The notes below the pieces were generated by a model, which made no database searches, was not told where the DNA came from, and worked only from the letters and a program-made list of their open reading frames with translations. This document shows positions 51,830 to 63,925 of a stretch of DNA of 64,000 bases, piece by piece (position 1 is the stretch's first letter; each line of letters opens with the position of its first letter). Location: the NCBI RefSeq assembly GCF_006345805.1, contig NC_043011.1, forward strand, positions 45,334,464 to 45,398,463, written 5' to 3'. This DNA comes from Octopus sinensis. Lineage: Eukaryota. The position numbers and the translations under genes were made by a program.

Positions 51830-52372
51830 GTATGTATGACGACTCTACTCTGGCTACATGTTGCTGTGTGTGTGTGTATGTGTGTAAATCCATATCTGTG
51901 TGCGTGTCTGGCACTAAATATGTGTGTGTGTGTGTGTAAATCCATATCTGTGTGCGTGTCTGGCACTAAATATGTGTGTGTGTATATATATATATATATT
52001 GATGTATGGATAGGTATCTATGTATTTGTGAGTGTGTTGCTAGATATGTGTCTGTGATATCTATATGCATGTGTATACACACATATACCTGTGCTGGTGT
52101 CATGTAAGAAGCGCTAAGTGCATTCTGTAGAGTGGTTGACATTTGGAAGTGCATCCAGCCATAGAAACAATGCCAAAAAAAGGTAATTGGAACCTGGGCA
52201 GCTCTCCAGCTGACCGGCTTCTGCCAAACTGTCCAACCCATGGCCGGCATGTGTATATGTGGGTAGATGTACGAGTCTGCATGTTTCTTCTCTCATTTTC
52301 ATGTTTTCCTATTTACTAGACCAAAATATGGACTGACCCCATATTTACCTTCCTTTCATTTATTCTTTTCAG

Positions 52373-52710
52373 ATCAAGAAAAAAGTGTTGGCGGTCGTGT
52401 CCTTGTACATTGCCATGCAGGCGTCAGTCGGTCAGCAACAGTGTGTTTGGCCTACTTAATGCAGTACGATGGTTTAGGGCTGGACAGTGCCTTCGAATAC
52501 GTACAGAGTCGTCGCAGTGTGATCTCACCAAATTTGAACTTCATGAAGCAGCTACAAGACTTTGAAAAAGAACTGTCTGAATCGTCCCCACCAAAGGATC
52601 CCTATCTGAAATCTCCATGTCGGATAGAGGCCCCATTCACGTTTTGTTTCCCTGAATTCTGTCCATCGTTGCAACACAAGCATAACAGTCCTCTTGCTTC
52701 ACCGACCTAG
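52373..52710 (+). CDS. DUSP1/DUSP4-like: MAP kinase phosphatase, coding exon 4 (active-site loop and C-terminal tail)
   Basis: Acceptor TTCTTTTCAG|AT; VLVHCHAGVSRSAT (HCx5R) and ISPNLNFMKQL; stop TAG at 52708-52710. The four exons total 1017 nt, i.e. 338 aa in one frame. Confidence 0.92.
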
Positions 52711-53543
52711 ATCAGGCTCACAATGCCCTGAAGGGGTACGAGACTTGACTTGCGTTAATATGGCCAAAAACCAACTTGACTCTTTTCATCTTTTTTTTTT
52801 TTCCTTAAGATGAGAAGCAATATAAGGGCACTTAACTGTTTTTTTTTTTCCTTTCAATGTCCCTCCCTACTTGGTGAGAGCTAGTAAGATTTTGAACTGA
52901 CTCTATGGAATGTTGGACATTCCAAGATATTCCGGTGAGCAGAAAGCACTGCTACATTTAACATTGCTCTTCTCTAACAGAGCAGCAACAAGAAAGGGGA
53001 GTGATTCTATTGTACATGGCCCATCTCTGGCAGAGCAAGGGCATGAAGGGGTGCAATTCCATTTAATATTAATTCAATTTACCTAACATCCTAACAACAA
53101 ATTTAATTAACAAGCCATGGCTTTTCCTCTTTTTGTATTTTTTTTTTTTTTTTACTTTTAATTATTGGCATCTCGTCCCATTTTCATTCCGTGTTGGATG
53201 AAAAGAAAGGGGGTAGAGAAAGGGCATGGCCCCTACCACCCATTCTGCGAGAGAAATTCCTTTTGTTTTGGGGTTTAAGAAACGAAAAATTGAATTCCTA
53301 TCTATTAGCGTCATTCCAAACAAAGTTAGAAGGGAGTTGATGCGGAGTACAAGATAATGGATCTTGCAGGATGCAGTACTGAGGTGCTTGTCTGCAAAAA
53401 CATCGACCAAATGAAGTGTATTTGTGTGTGATGCATTTACACACACACACACACAATCTCACACATATATCTACACTGTGTATGTATATATATATATAAG
53501 TATGCACACGGGTATATATGTGGGTATGTTTGTGTATGTGTGT

Positions 53544-53615
53544 GTCTCGGTAGTATAGTGGTAAGTATCCCCGCCTGTCACGCGGGAGACCGGGATTCGA
53601 TTCCCCGCCGGGGAG
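53544..53615 (+). tRNA. tRNA-Asp(GTC)-derived copy, probably a pseudogene
   Basis: GTCTCGG TA GTAT AGTGGTAA GTAT C CCCGC CTGTCAC GCGGG AGAC CGGGA TTCGATT CCCCG CCGGGGA G. The anticodon arm is intact, but there is a G1:A72 mismatch, an A53:C61 mismatch that breaks the B box, and no nearby T4 terminator. Confidence 0.75.
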
Positions 53616-54035
53616 GCTTCCATGATGATGATATATATATATATATATCCTCACATATATACATACATACTGATGCATATACATGCACTTCACTATACTG
53701 TCTCAATAGGAATTTCTGGAGCAAGAATTACTCGGAATGGGTGGGGCGTTGGGGTACAGATGCCAAGGGGAAGTCAAAAGTTGCAGGATGGTTAGGGTGA
53801 TAGGAAGAGAAGGGAAGTTGAAGAACCACCATAAGGGTTTTTTTTTTTTCTTTACATTATTCATGAAGGTGCTGGACCAAGAGATTGGTGAAGGGTCGAA
53901 TGACCCTGATATTAGGGAGCAGGGATTGGAGGGTTGGCTTGCTTGCTTGCTTGCTTGTCAACCAGCTAGCACATATATGTACATATATACATGTATGTAT
54001 ATATGTATGTGTATATGTATGTATATATGTATGTA

Positions 54036-54068
<33 letters not shown>

Positions 54069-56742
54069 GTTAAATGCTTTCTATATCCACACTTGGATTC
54101 TTCTGCTTTGCTATGCTCCATACCCCCTCTTCACTGGACAGATAAAAGTTTAAGGGTGGAATTTGAATAAAGGAAATTATATAGCTCATATATACATGTA
54201 CACATATACAGACATATATACATGTATACATATACGTGTGTGTATGTGTGCGTGTGACGAATGTGTGTATAAAGAAATGTTAAAAGGTTTTGCGGACTGG
54301 CTATGTTGCGTGATGGGCACGATTAATTGGAACGAACAATATATTATATATGTACATTATACCTGTGTATGTGTTATGGAGTTTTATATACATGTGATGT
54401 GTATATATTATTGTATTGACTGAAGTAATTAGAATTTTTCTTTTGTTTTTTTGTTTCTTTTTTTTTTTTTGTTTTTTTTTCAAAAGTGTACAGATCAAAA
54501 ACAAAAAAAATTATATATATATGTTTATATATATATATATATATTATAATTTGCATGTGTGTGTGCACACATGCATGTGTACATATGTTCATTAAAAAGA
54601 AATTTTATGTATTATATATATTTTTTTAAACAAACAATCATCATCTGAACTCCCGTCTCCTTCCTTAGCCATTCATCTTTCTTCTTCCTCCTCTCGTTTT
54701 TCATTTGTAAATCACTTTGTCATTAAACAAAATCCGTTCTCCAATTTAAACATCTTTTTTTTTTCCCCTCCCAGAAAATTTACCTTCATCTTCTACGTAC
54801 AGATTCACATACACAAATGCACCTGTATACATAGATACATTTTTATACACACATTTCGTATTTCAATGATAGTTCTCTCTCAAACCCCACCGACCATAAT
54901 ACAGAAGCCAACAAAGCCAAGAATTTAAAGATTTACTAGAGCAATGCCACAGTGTCACGGGCTTTAAGTGCCACAACCTCAAATCCTTACCAAGTACCAC
55001 CGATCCCTAGGATTTTTTTCCTTTTTTTTTTAATTATTATTCCCAGAAAATTTTCAAAAGAATTTGACACTAATCAAACTTTTTATAACAAATGGCCCCT
55101 ACCCTGAGGAGCCTTTTTTTATTATTATTTTTAAGGTACCCAGCTGGTAGAATCATTAACAAACCAGGGAAAATGCTTAGCGGCATTTCATCTGTCATTA
55201 GATTTTGAAGTTCCAAATTCTGCCAGGGCCAGGTTTACCTTTCATATTTCGGGCTCAATAAGTATTATTACTCATCCCCTTCTCTGAAATTGCTGGCCTT
55301 GTGCCAAAATTTTAGACCATTATTATTATTATTATTATTATTATCTTATGAGGCTGCTGCCCTTACTGGTAACTCTCAGATCTTTTTTTTTTACTCGGTT
55401 AACTTGAGAGAACTTCTACCCTTAGTCCCCACCACCCACCAGTAGAGACACAGACAAGGATGAAGAGTGGTGACTTGTTAGGGGTCTACCTCATAGTGTT
55501 TAGTCCCCACTCAAGGGGCTACATTGTGGCAGCTCTTTTGTTAATTCAGTTGATCTAGGTTCTCTGATATGATGGATGCTGTATCTAGACAACAGTGTGT
55601 GTATGTGTGTGTTTGAGGATATTTCATGATAAAGACAATCTCTAAGGACAATCTGGAAGAGGACAGTGTGCTACAATCAGCGCCATGCCGCCATACCCTG
55701 ACACAAATCTTAGGAAAAATGTTATCTTCTTTTGTTTTTTTTTTTTTTTTTTTTCTAAGATGAAGTTGAAAATGGGGAAAGATTTAAAAAAATGGAGAAC
55801 AAGAAAAATAGGAAAATATATGGCCCCTAATCTGGGTTATATATATTCATGTGTGTATATATTTTATATATTTTAGATTCAAATGACACACAAGAGATAT
55901 ATCTAAATAGCTGTTCTAGAACTTTCTGCAATATTTTTGACTTTTTGTTTTTTGTTATTGGAATTTTCCCCCCTGGTTTAATAATAATTATAATAGTAAT
56001 TTTTTATAATTAATCCCTCACCTCCTAACCATAAAAGGGCATAACAGAAAAAAAATGGTATTGGATGAGGTGTGAGGTGGAAAATAGAATAAGAAAGTTC
56101 TACAACTTAACAGCTGACTGCATGTATGTATACATATAAGTGTGACTGTGTGAGTGAACATCTATATATACATATGTGTATATGTATGTATGTATGTTTT
56201 TACTACACACATGTAACAGTAAAGGAATCCTCTGTCTTAGAAAAACTGTTATACTCATTATCAACTCGGTTGAGTATTCCACAGACACTTGTACTCAGAG
56301 TATCAGCATGACACTGTGTGACAAGACTGGGTTCTTGCAGATACAATCCATCAGATAAGTTCTCAGAGTCTCCATTTTTCCCAGTTCCACCATAACCAGG
56401 CCTCGGTCTAACTCGGGGGCAATGGTAAACATAATAAACATTTGTACAAGATATCATTACGAGGGATTGGATTCCAGGAATTCAAACATTGCAAAGCAAA
56501 CTTCTTAACTACTTGGCCAGGCTTGTGAACATACAACGAGGAAACACAGATGATAGTCATCTGCGAAGCTGGAGCAATTACCATATATGCATATAAAGAA
56601 AAGGGAAGTAAGGTCAGAATTTGGATGAAAACCATTTCCGAGATTCTTCCTGAAAGAGACGAAAGTGCTAAATAGTTTTTATCCAAATCCTGACCACCGC
56701 TTTTCCTAATATATAGAACCTGTACACCACTTCAAACCATTT

Positions 56743-56786
<44 letters not shown>

Positions 56787-57283
56787 ACACACCAAGTAAT
56801 AAACCTACCTCTCATTCTACCCACCTGATCCATATCACTTTTTTTTTTCTGTTTATCAATCATTAATTGTTCAATTAATTACCTCTTAATATTTTTTCAT
56901 TGATCCATTTAAAAAAAATTTTTTTTACCTACCATTTTATCATTCATCCACCCAAGAATATTAATATAATCCCCACCAAAGAAAAATAACTCAAAAACAA
57001 TTTATATTTATTTATTTATTTATTATTTATCTTTTACTCTGAAGAAATTTCTCTTTAAAGAAACGAATAAATACTTCATACACCTCCCCACCCCACCCAC
57101 ACACCTGCTGCCAAAGACGAGAACATTTTCTAATTAATTGTATTATAATGAAGAGAGTATGGTCTAACTGTATTATAAATATGAAGTAATTTTTTTTTTT
57201 CTTTTTATTACGTTTTTCATTTTATACCAGACTGCTGTGTTTTCCATGTCCTATGTGTGTATGTGTACATACATATCTATGTA

Positions 57284-57320
<37 letters not shown>

Positions 57321-58384
57321 TCCTTTCTTGTGTGCGTGTGTTTATATAATCTGAACTGTTTTAGTAAACCTTTTATTTTGACAATTTTTTATATATATAT
57401 ACATGACTTGCTCATGTTCTGTTTTTGTAATATGTGTGTGTTGTGTGTGTGTGTGTATACATACATATATATGTATATATATATACATCAGTGTATGTGT
57501 GTTAATATAATCTGCTGTACAAGTCCCCCGAATATTTCCCTTTGTTTCCTCCTCTACCAATCACCCACCCACTCTTTTACACACACAGACACACAACTAG
57601 AAAGCACTTTGTATTATATTTTTAGTTATTTTTTTGTCTTTTATTCTAAAATTTCTTTATACTCTTTCCATATTTACAATTCCATTTAATACAAAAATTT
57701 AAAATTGAAACCTGTGTTCTTTTGTCTTTTAAAATTTTCTATCCATTTTATTGTATACGAATATTTTTACTGTATTTTCTGGCATATAAAAATCAACAGG
57801 TTTATAAATAAACATGTAGTGTTTATTTATTCAAACCTCATCACTATCTTTCTAATTTTCCTAAATCCCACTGCATTTCGCATGGAATTTTTGGTCTTCT
57901 AAAGTCTTCTTAAAGTGACAAGTTGACACCTTTTTCGTTGTAAATTTTGGCCTGAATAATTCAACTTGAATGCCAGAAAATATAGTAAATACATTTCAGA
58001 TGTGGGCAGGTATCTGTCACTTGCAACTTCTTTATATTTTAGTTAAGGATATAAGAAAGTTATTCTGGTTTATTAAAAAAACAAAAAAAAAACGCAATTT
58101 GAAAGTAGTTATCAGTTGTAATTAACACCAGTTAGTGTCAGGAACATGATCTACGAAAGAATCCAATACTGTTTGCTGCACCAAGATGGTACTGAAGAAG
58201 ATTTCTTTACATGTCATCTAAAAACAGAGACATCATGGATTGAATTAACTCCACCATAGCTATTTCATCTTACATGTATGCATTATACACATTACTTATC
58301 TAACTAAATAAGACATCCCATCATTAGCTGTTCTATTAAAAATAATTGTGGTTTTGACACCACACAGGTGTATATATATATATA

Positions 58385-58530
58385 ACGGGAAGCTTTCTGA
58401 AAATAAACAAAAGACGAAGGCAGGTGGAATATAAACAAACAATTGTATTAGTATGGCGCTCAGGAATATAAATAAAACAAGTCTTTTACGTTTCGAGCCT
58501 ATGCTCTTCAACAGAAAGAAACTAGGAGAG
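58385..58530 (-). mobile_element. Short PLE-like element carrying an HHR-like fold (58482-58519, A6U)
   Basis: Minus strand: TCTTT-CTGTTGA-A-GAGC(ATAG)GCTC-GAA-ACGT-A-AAAGA. The element ends in GCTTCCCGT(TA)n. A 3' fragment of it is at ~3016-3064. Confidence 0.6.
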
Positions 58531-59135
58531 AAAAAAAATGCATGCAGAAGCTAGCGAATCAACATGGCGATATATATATATATATATATATGTAATATCT
58601 ATATTGTGTACATGAAAACTAAAATTTGTGGTGTTTGGCAGAATCAGTAGTTAGATATAAAGCATTTTAATGTTTTATATTCAAATCCTTTCTCAACCAA
58701 TAAAATAACCAGTTAGTTGCTCCAGTTTGGCCTGAGTCTACCTGCAACAAACCAGTAAGTGTAAAAGATGTGACCCTTTGAAGCAACTTTTCCTTCAGCC
58801 TAACCCATGGAAAATGAATGCTAAATGATGATGATGATGATGGCTCCCTCTCCAGCCACTTCCAGTTAGCAGTGATGACTCTGTATCCTAAATCAAACTG
58901 CTAGATATTTCATAAATCGCACTGTACCATCTTAAATAAGGAAGAGACATATTCAACAACGTCAGATTGTCAAATTTGAGCTGGATAAAATATCTTTGAT
59001 GTTCGACATTCTGAATTTCAAATCTTGCCACAGTCAACATTACCATCCATCATTCTGTGTTGTTAATAAAGTACCAGTCATGCACTTGCATAGCATGGAC
59101 TGCTGAACCTATTATTTAAAAATGAAGGCACAATC

Positions 59136-59325
59136 ATCATCATCATCATCATCATCGTTTAGCGTCCGTTTTCCATGCTAGCATGGGTTGGACGGTTCAA
59201 CTGAGGTCTGTGAAGCTGGAAGGCTTCATCAGGCCTAGTCAGATCTGGCAGTGTTTCTACGGCTGGATGCCCTTCCTAACGCCAACCACTCCGTGAGTGT
59301 AGTGGGTGCTTTTTACGTGCCACCG
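59136..59325 (-). mobile_element. RTE-type LINE/SINE 3' tail ending in (GAT)n
   Basis: Minus strand: GGCGTTAGGAAGGGCATCCAGCCGTAGAAAC...CCCATGCTAGCATGGAAAACGGACGCTAAACGATGATGAT. Related scraps are at ~51255-51430 and 52100-52250. Confidence 0.65.
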
Positions 59326-59708
59326 CAATACACACACAAAAAAAAAAATTAAATATCTTCTTAGTATATAATGGTGGTAAGTTCTACATCATCTGAAAAG
59401 GCATCAGTTGAACTATTAGTCTTCTTGCATTTTAGGGGGTATTGGAGTGTTTGAGTGACATTGGACTCCAATAAATGCCCATGAATTAAAAGCATCTATC
59501 TGGGCCAAGGTCGTGGCCTATCGACTTGTGCCTGATAGCAACAATCATAGCCCTGTCGTGCTTTTTGTCTTAATCAAATTGCCAATCTGTAATGGGCTAA
59601 ACCAGGCTTGACCTAGCCTAAACAACAACAGTGACTGCAGTAAGAATTTGAACTTAGCACTTCAAGGCAGAGAACTACTGAAAGCATTAAAATTTTTTAA
59701 TTTATTTA

Positions 59709-60025
59709 GGAGCACTCCGTCGGTTGCGACGATGAGGGTCCCAGCTGATACGATCAACGGAACAGCTTGCTCGTGATATTAACGTGCAAGTGGCTGAGCA
59801 CTCCACAGACACGTACAATACAGGTACAACAGAAACAGGAAGAAAGAGCGAGAGAAAGTTGTGGTGAAAGAGTACAGCAGGGATCACCACCACCCCCTGC
59901 CGGAGCCTCGTGGAGCTTTAGGTGTTTTCGCTCAATAAACACTCACAATGCCCAGTCTGGGAATCGAAACCGCGATCCTCCGACCGCGAGTCCGCTGCCC
60001 TAACCACTGGGCCATTGCGCCTCCA
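59709..60025 (-). mobile_element. SINE family C (tail type 3, ~75-bp internal deletion)
   Basis: Homologous to 62420-62802. Confidence 0.8.
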
Positions 60026-60195
60026 CTTAATTTATTTAAAAGAAAATGGATTGTCGCCTACTTTCGGAAGAAACTACTCCCAGACAGAAAACATTGGTGT
60101 GGTTAATGTTCTTAAACTAAGATGACTATGTAAACACTGGCCAAATGTTCTGTACTCTCAGCTGTGCTTTAAACAAGAGGTACTTTAATACAACA

Positions 60196-61205
60196 CTGAT
60201 GACTGAGTTGGGAGTGCCAACTAATGATTGGGGATGGAGTACGACATGATGGTTGGTGAGAGAGTACCAGTTGATGACTGAAGTGGTAGTACTAGATGAT
60301 GGTTGGAGATAGAGTACCAGATAATGGTAGTTGGGAGTACCATTTGATGACTGTGGAGGAAGTATTAGCTGTTGATTGAGGAGGGAGTACCTGATGATGA
60401 ATGGGGACAGTACCAGCAGGTGATGATAAGTGAGAGTACTTGCTGCTGATTGATGAGGGAGTACTAGCTGTTGATTGAGGATGTAGTACCAGATGATGAC
60501 AGAGGTGGGAGTACCAGCAGGTGATTGGGGAGAGAGTACTTGATGAATAGAGATGGATTACCAGGCAATGATTGGGGAGAGTAACAGATGATGACTGGCA
60601 GGAGTACCAAATGATCATTGAAAAAAGAGTACCAGATGATGATAGAGGTAGGAAGACCAGCTAGTAATTGAGGAGGGATTACCAAATGATTGAGGACGAG
60701 TAGCAGATCATGATTGTCATGGGAGCAGCCTATGATCACTGAGGAGAGAGTACTAGCTGATGACTGTAGAGGCAGTACCAGCTGATGGTTGAGCTGGTGA
60801 GTGGAAAGAGTACCAGCTGATGACTGAGGAGAGAGTACTGGAAAATGATTGGAAAGAGTACCAGCAGATGACTGAAGAGAGGGTACCAGCTGATGGTTAA
60901 GGAGAGAGTTTACCAGCCGATGGCTGAGGAGAGAGTACTATTAAGTGATTGGAAAGAGAGTACCAGCTGATGGCTGAAGTGGGAGAACCAGCTAGTGATT
61001 GGAAAGTGAGTACCAACTGATGATTAAAGTGGGAGTACCAGCTGATGGCTGAGGTGGGAGCGCTGGCTGGTGATTGGAAAGAGAGTACCAACTGATGATT
61101 AAAGAGGGAGTACCAGCTGATAGCTGAGGTTGGAGTGCTGGCTGGTGACTGGAAAGAGAGTACCAGCAGATGATTGAAGGAAGAGTACCAGCTGATGGCT
61201 GAGGT
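60196..61205. repeat. ~1-kb degenerate minisatellite, ~26-30-bp unit GAGAGTACCAGCTGATGATTG...
   Basis: Recurrent GTACCAG(C/A)(T/A)GATG core about 35 times. Confidence 0.85.
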
Positions 61206-61559
61206 AGATGTATTGGCTGCCGGCTTCTTGGTTGGATTATCAAAAAAATATCAACTGGGATTAGCATAATTGATTTAAGAAATAAGTAATACATACATAC
61301 ATATGTATATCATATGCATAACGTGTATATGTATATGCATATATATATATATATATATCTTCGAACACACATACTCATATATACAGAAGATTAATAGTCT
61401 TGGTTTCTCTGGTTCAAGGCTTATGCAGCAGTCAAAGTGTTGTACTCTTCAACAAGTTAATAACCCTAGAACCTCTCAGAATTTTTGACAAGTTCATTTG
61501 CTTGAAGAGTGAAGCATCAACGTCCTAGCTCCTTGCCCTTCATTAGAGAGCGAGAAAGA

Positions 61560-62350
61560 GATATTCTTTTCTACTCTAGGCTCAAGACCCGAAATTTTGG
61601 AGGAGGGGACCAGTCGATTAGATCGACCTGAGTACGCAACTGGTACTTAATTTATCAACCTCGAAAGGATGAAAGGTAAAGTTGACCTCAGTGGAATTTA
61701 AACTCAGAACATGAAGACAAATGAAATAGCGCTAAGCATTTCGCCCGGCGTGCTATCATTTCTTATTTCTTTACTACCCACAAGGGGCAACACACAGAGG
61801 GGACAAACAAGTACAGACAAACGGATTAAGTCGATTATATCGACCCCAGTGCGTAAATGGTACTTATTTAATATACCCCGAAAGGATGAAAAGCAAAGTC
61901 GACCTCGGCGGAATTTGAACTCAGAATGGAGCGGCAAACGAAATACCTATTTCTTTACTACCCACAAGGGGCTAAACACAGAGAGGACAAACAAGGACAG
62001 ACAAACGGATTAAGTCGATTATATCGACCCCAGCACGTAACTGGTACTTATTTAATCGACCCCGAAAGGATGAAAGGCAAAGTCGACCTCGGCGGAATTT
62101 GAACTCAGAACGTAACGGCAAACAAAATACCTATTTCTTTACTACCCACAGAGAGGACAAACAAGGACAGACAAACGGATTAAGTCGATTATATCGACCC
62201 CAGCGCGTAAACTGGTACTTATTTAATCGACCCCGAAAGGATGAAAGGCAAAGTCGACCTCGGTGGAATTTGAACTCAGAACGTAACGGCAGACGAAATA
62301 CGGCTACGCATTTCGCCCGACGTGCTAACGTTTCTGCCAGCTCGCCGCCT
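61560..62350 (-). mobile_element. Concatenated SINE family B: one full copy plus several 5'-truncated tandem copies
   Basis: TTTCTTTACTACCCACA junctions at ~61765, 61950 and 62133. Confidence 0.85.
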
Positions 62351-62419
62351 TGATAAGGAAAATGATATTGTAGCCTAAACTCATAAACTGACGACAATAG
62401 TCTTGTTTGTGGAATGGAT

Positions 62420-62802
62420 GGAAGCACTCCGTCGGTTACGACGATGAGGGTTCCGGTTGATCCGAATCAACGGAACAGCCTGCTCGTGAAATTAACGTGT
62501 AAGTGGCTGAGCACTCCACAGACACGTGCACCCTTAACGTAGTTCTCGGGGATATTCAGCGTGACACAGAGAGTGACAAGGCCGGCCCCTTGAAATACAG
62601 GTACAACAGAAACAGGAAGTAAGAGTGAGAGAAAGTTGTGGTGAAAGAGTACAGCAGGGATCACCACCATCCCCTGCCGGAGCCTCGTGGAGCTTTTAGG
62701 TGTTTTCACTCAATAAACACTCACAACGCCCGGTCTGGGAATCGAAACCGCGATCCTATGACAGCGAGTTCGCTGCCCTAACCACTGGGCCATTGCGCCT
62801 CC
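62420..62802 (-). mobile_element. SINE family C (tail type 3), full length
   Basis: Head GGAGGCGCAATGGCCCAGTGGTTAGGGCAGCG; tail GGAACCCTCATCGTCGTAACCGACGGAGTGCTTCC. A tail-only copy is at ~15385-15530. Confidence 0.85.
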
Positions 62803-63272
62803 TCTTGTTTGTATTAGTCAATAGTAAGCAATACAGATTATGGCCAATTTCATGTGAATCCATATTTTAGATCAGAGGTTCTCAACCAATTTTTGTCTGT
62901 AGGACCCTTTGGTTCCTCCTTTTTTTCCACTGGAGGCCCTTTGCCAGTCAAGGTTTTAGAAATCCTATTATATTTTAAGCCCTTAGCGTTTAAACTGATC
63001 GTATCAGGCCTGAGTATTCAACATGTTTTTTTTTTGTTTAAACTTGCTAAATTCAGCCTCTCACACCGTCCATAAAATGTCATTCTAAAAATATACAATA
63101 ATATCATTGAAATCTAGGAACATAATTAAAGCATAATTAATTCAAACTGATTTGAATAAATAAGCATCATGCTTGGTAGAGTAATCTAAATGCTAAAGGG
63201 TTAATACTTGAATATTATTAGGAATTGCATTTAAAAAAATGTTAAGATATTTTGTGTATTGTAGATGTATAA

Positions 63273-63586
63273 GAAGGCAAGTGGCTTAGTGGTTAGGGTT
63301 TTCGGCTCAAGATTGCAAGATCGTGAGTTCAAGTCTCGGCGAGGCATTGTATCCTTGAGCAAGGCACTTTATTTTACATTGCTCTGGTCCACTCAGCTGG
63401 CAAAAAATGTGTAGTACCTGTATTTCAAAGGGCCATGTAACTCAGTGGTTCAGCAAAATAGACCGATAAAATAAGTACTAGGCTTAAAAATTAAGTCTTG
63501 GAGTTGATTTGTTTGACTAAAACCCTTGACGGCTGTGCTCCAGCATGCCCACAGTCAAATGCCTGGAACAATTACAAGAATAAAAG
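63273..63586 (+). mobile_element. Chimeric SINE (Val-like tRNA head, CORE-like TTGAGCAAGGCACTTT, family A tail)
   Basis: Head homologous to 63794-63915 and ~38192; 3' part homologous to the family A tail. Confidence 0.6.
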
Positions 63587-63925
63587 AACACACACACACA
63601 CACACACACACACATAATAATCATTATCATTTAGCCTCCCTTGTACCTTACTTTCATCGGCCTGATGGAATCTATTGAAGCTGATTTGCAGCCATCAAAT
63701 GCCATTCTTGTTGCTTGCCATCATCTGATTGCAAGCGAGATAATGATATTGACTCCTGATCAACGTATGTTGTTCTTTAATAAAAGATTAACAGGAAGGC
63801 GCATGGCTCAGTGATTAGAGCGTGAAGTTTTACGATCGTGAGGTTGTGAGTTCGATTCACAGACCGGGTTGCGTGTTGTGTTCTTGAGCAAGACACTTTA
63901 TTTCACGTTGCTCCAGAAAAAAATA

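Noticed and set aside
52956-53105. AU-rich elements (four ATTTA) in the DUSP 3' UTR
   Set aside because: Plausible by analogy with DUSP1, but isolated pentamers are expected by chance in sequence this AT-rich; no overlapping nonamer cluster.
60196-61205. Repeated CTGATGA as a hammerhead array
   Set aside because: No helix II hairpin followed by GAAA and no helix I/III complementarity; the heptamer is just part of the minisatellite unit.
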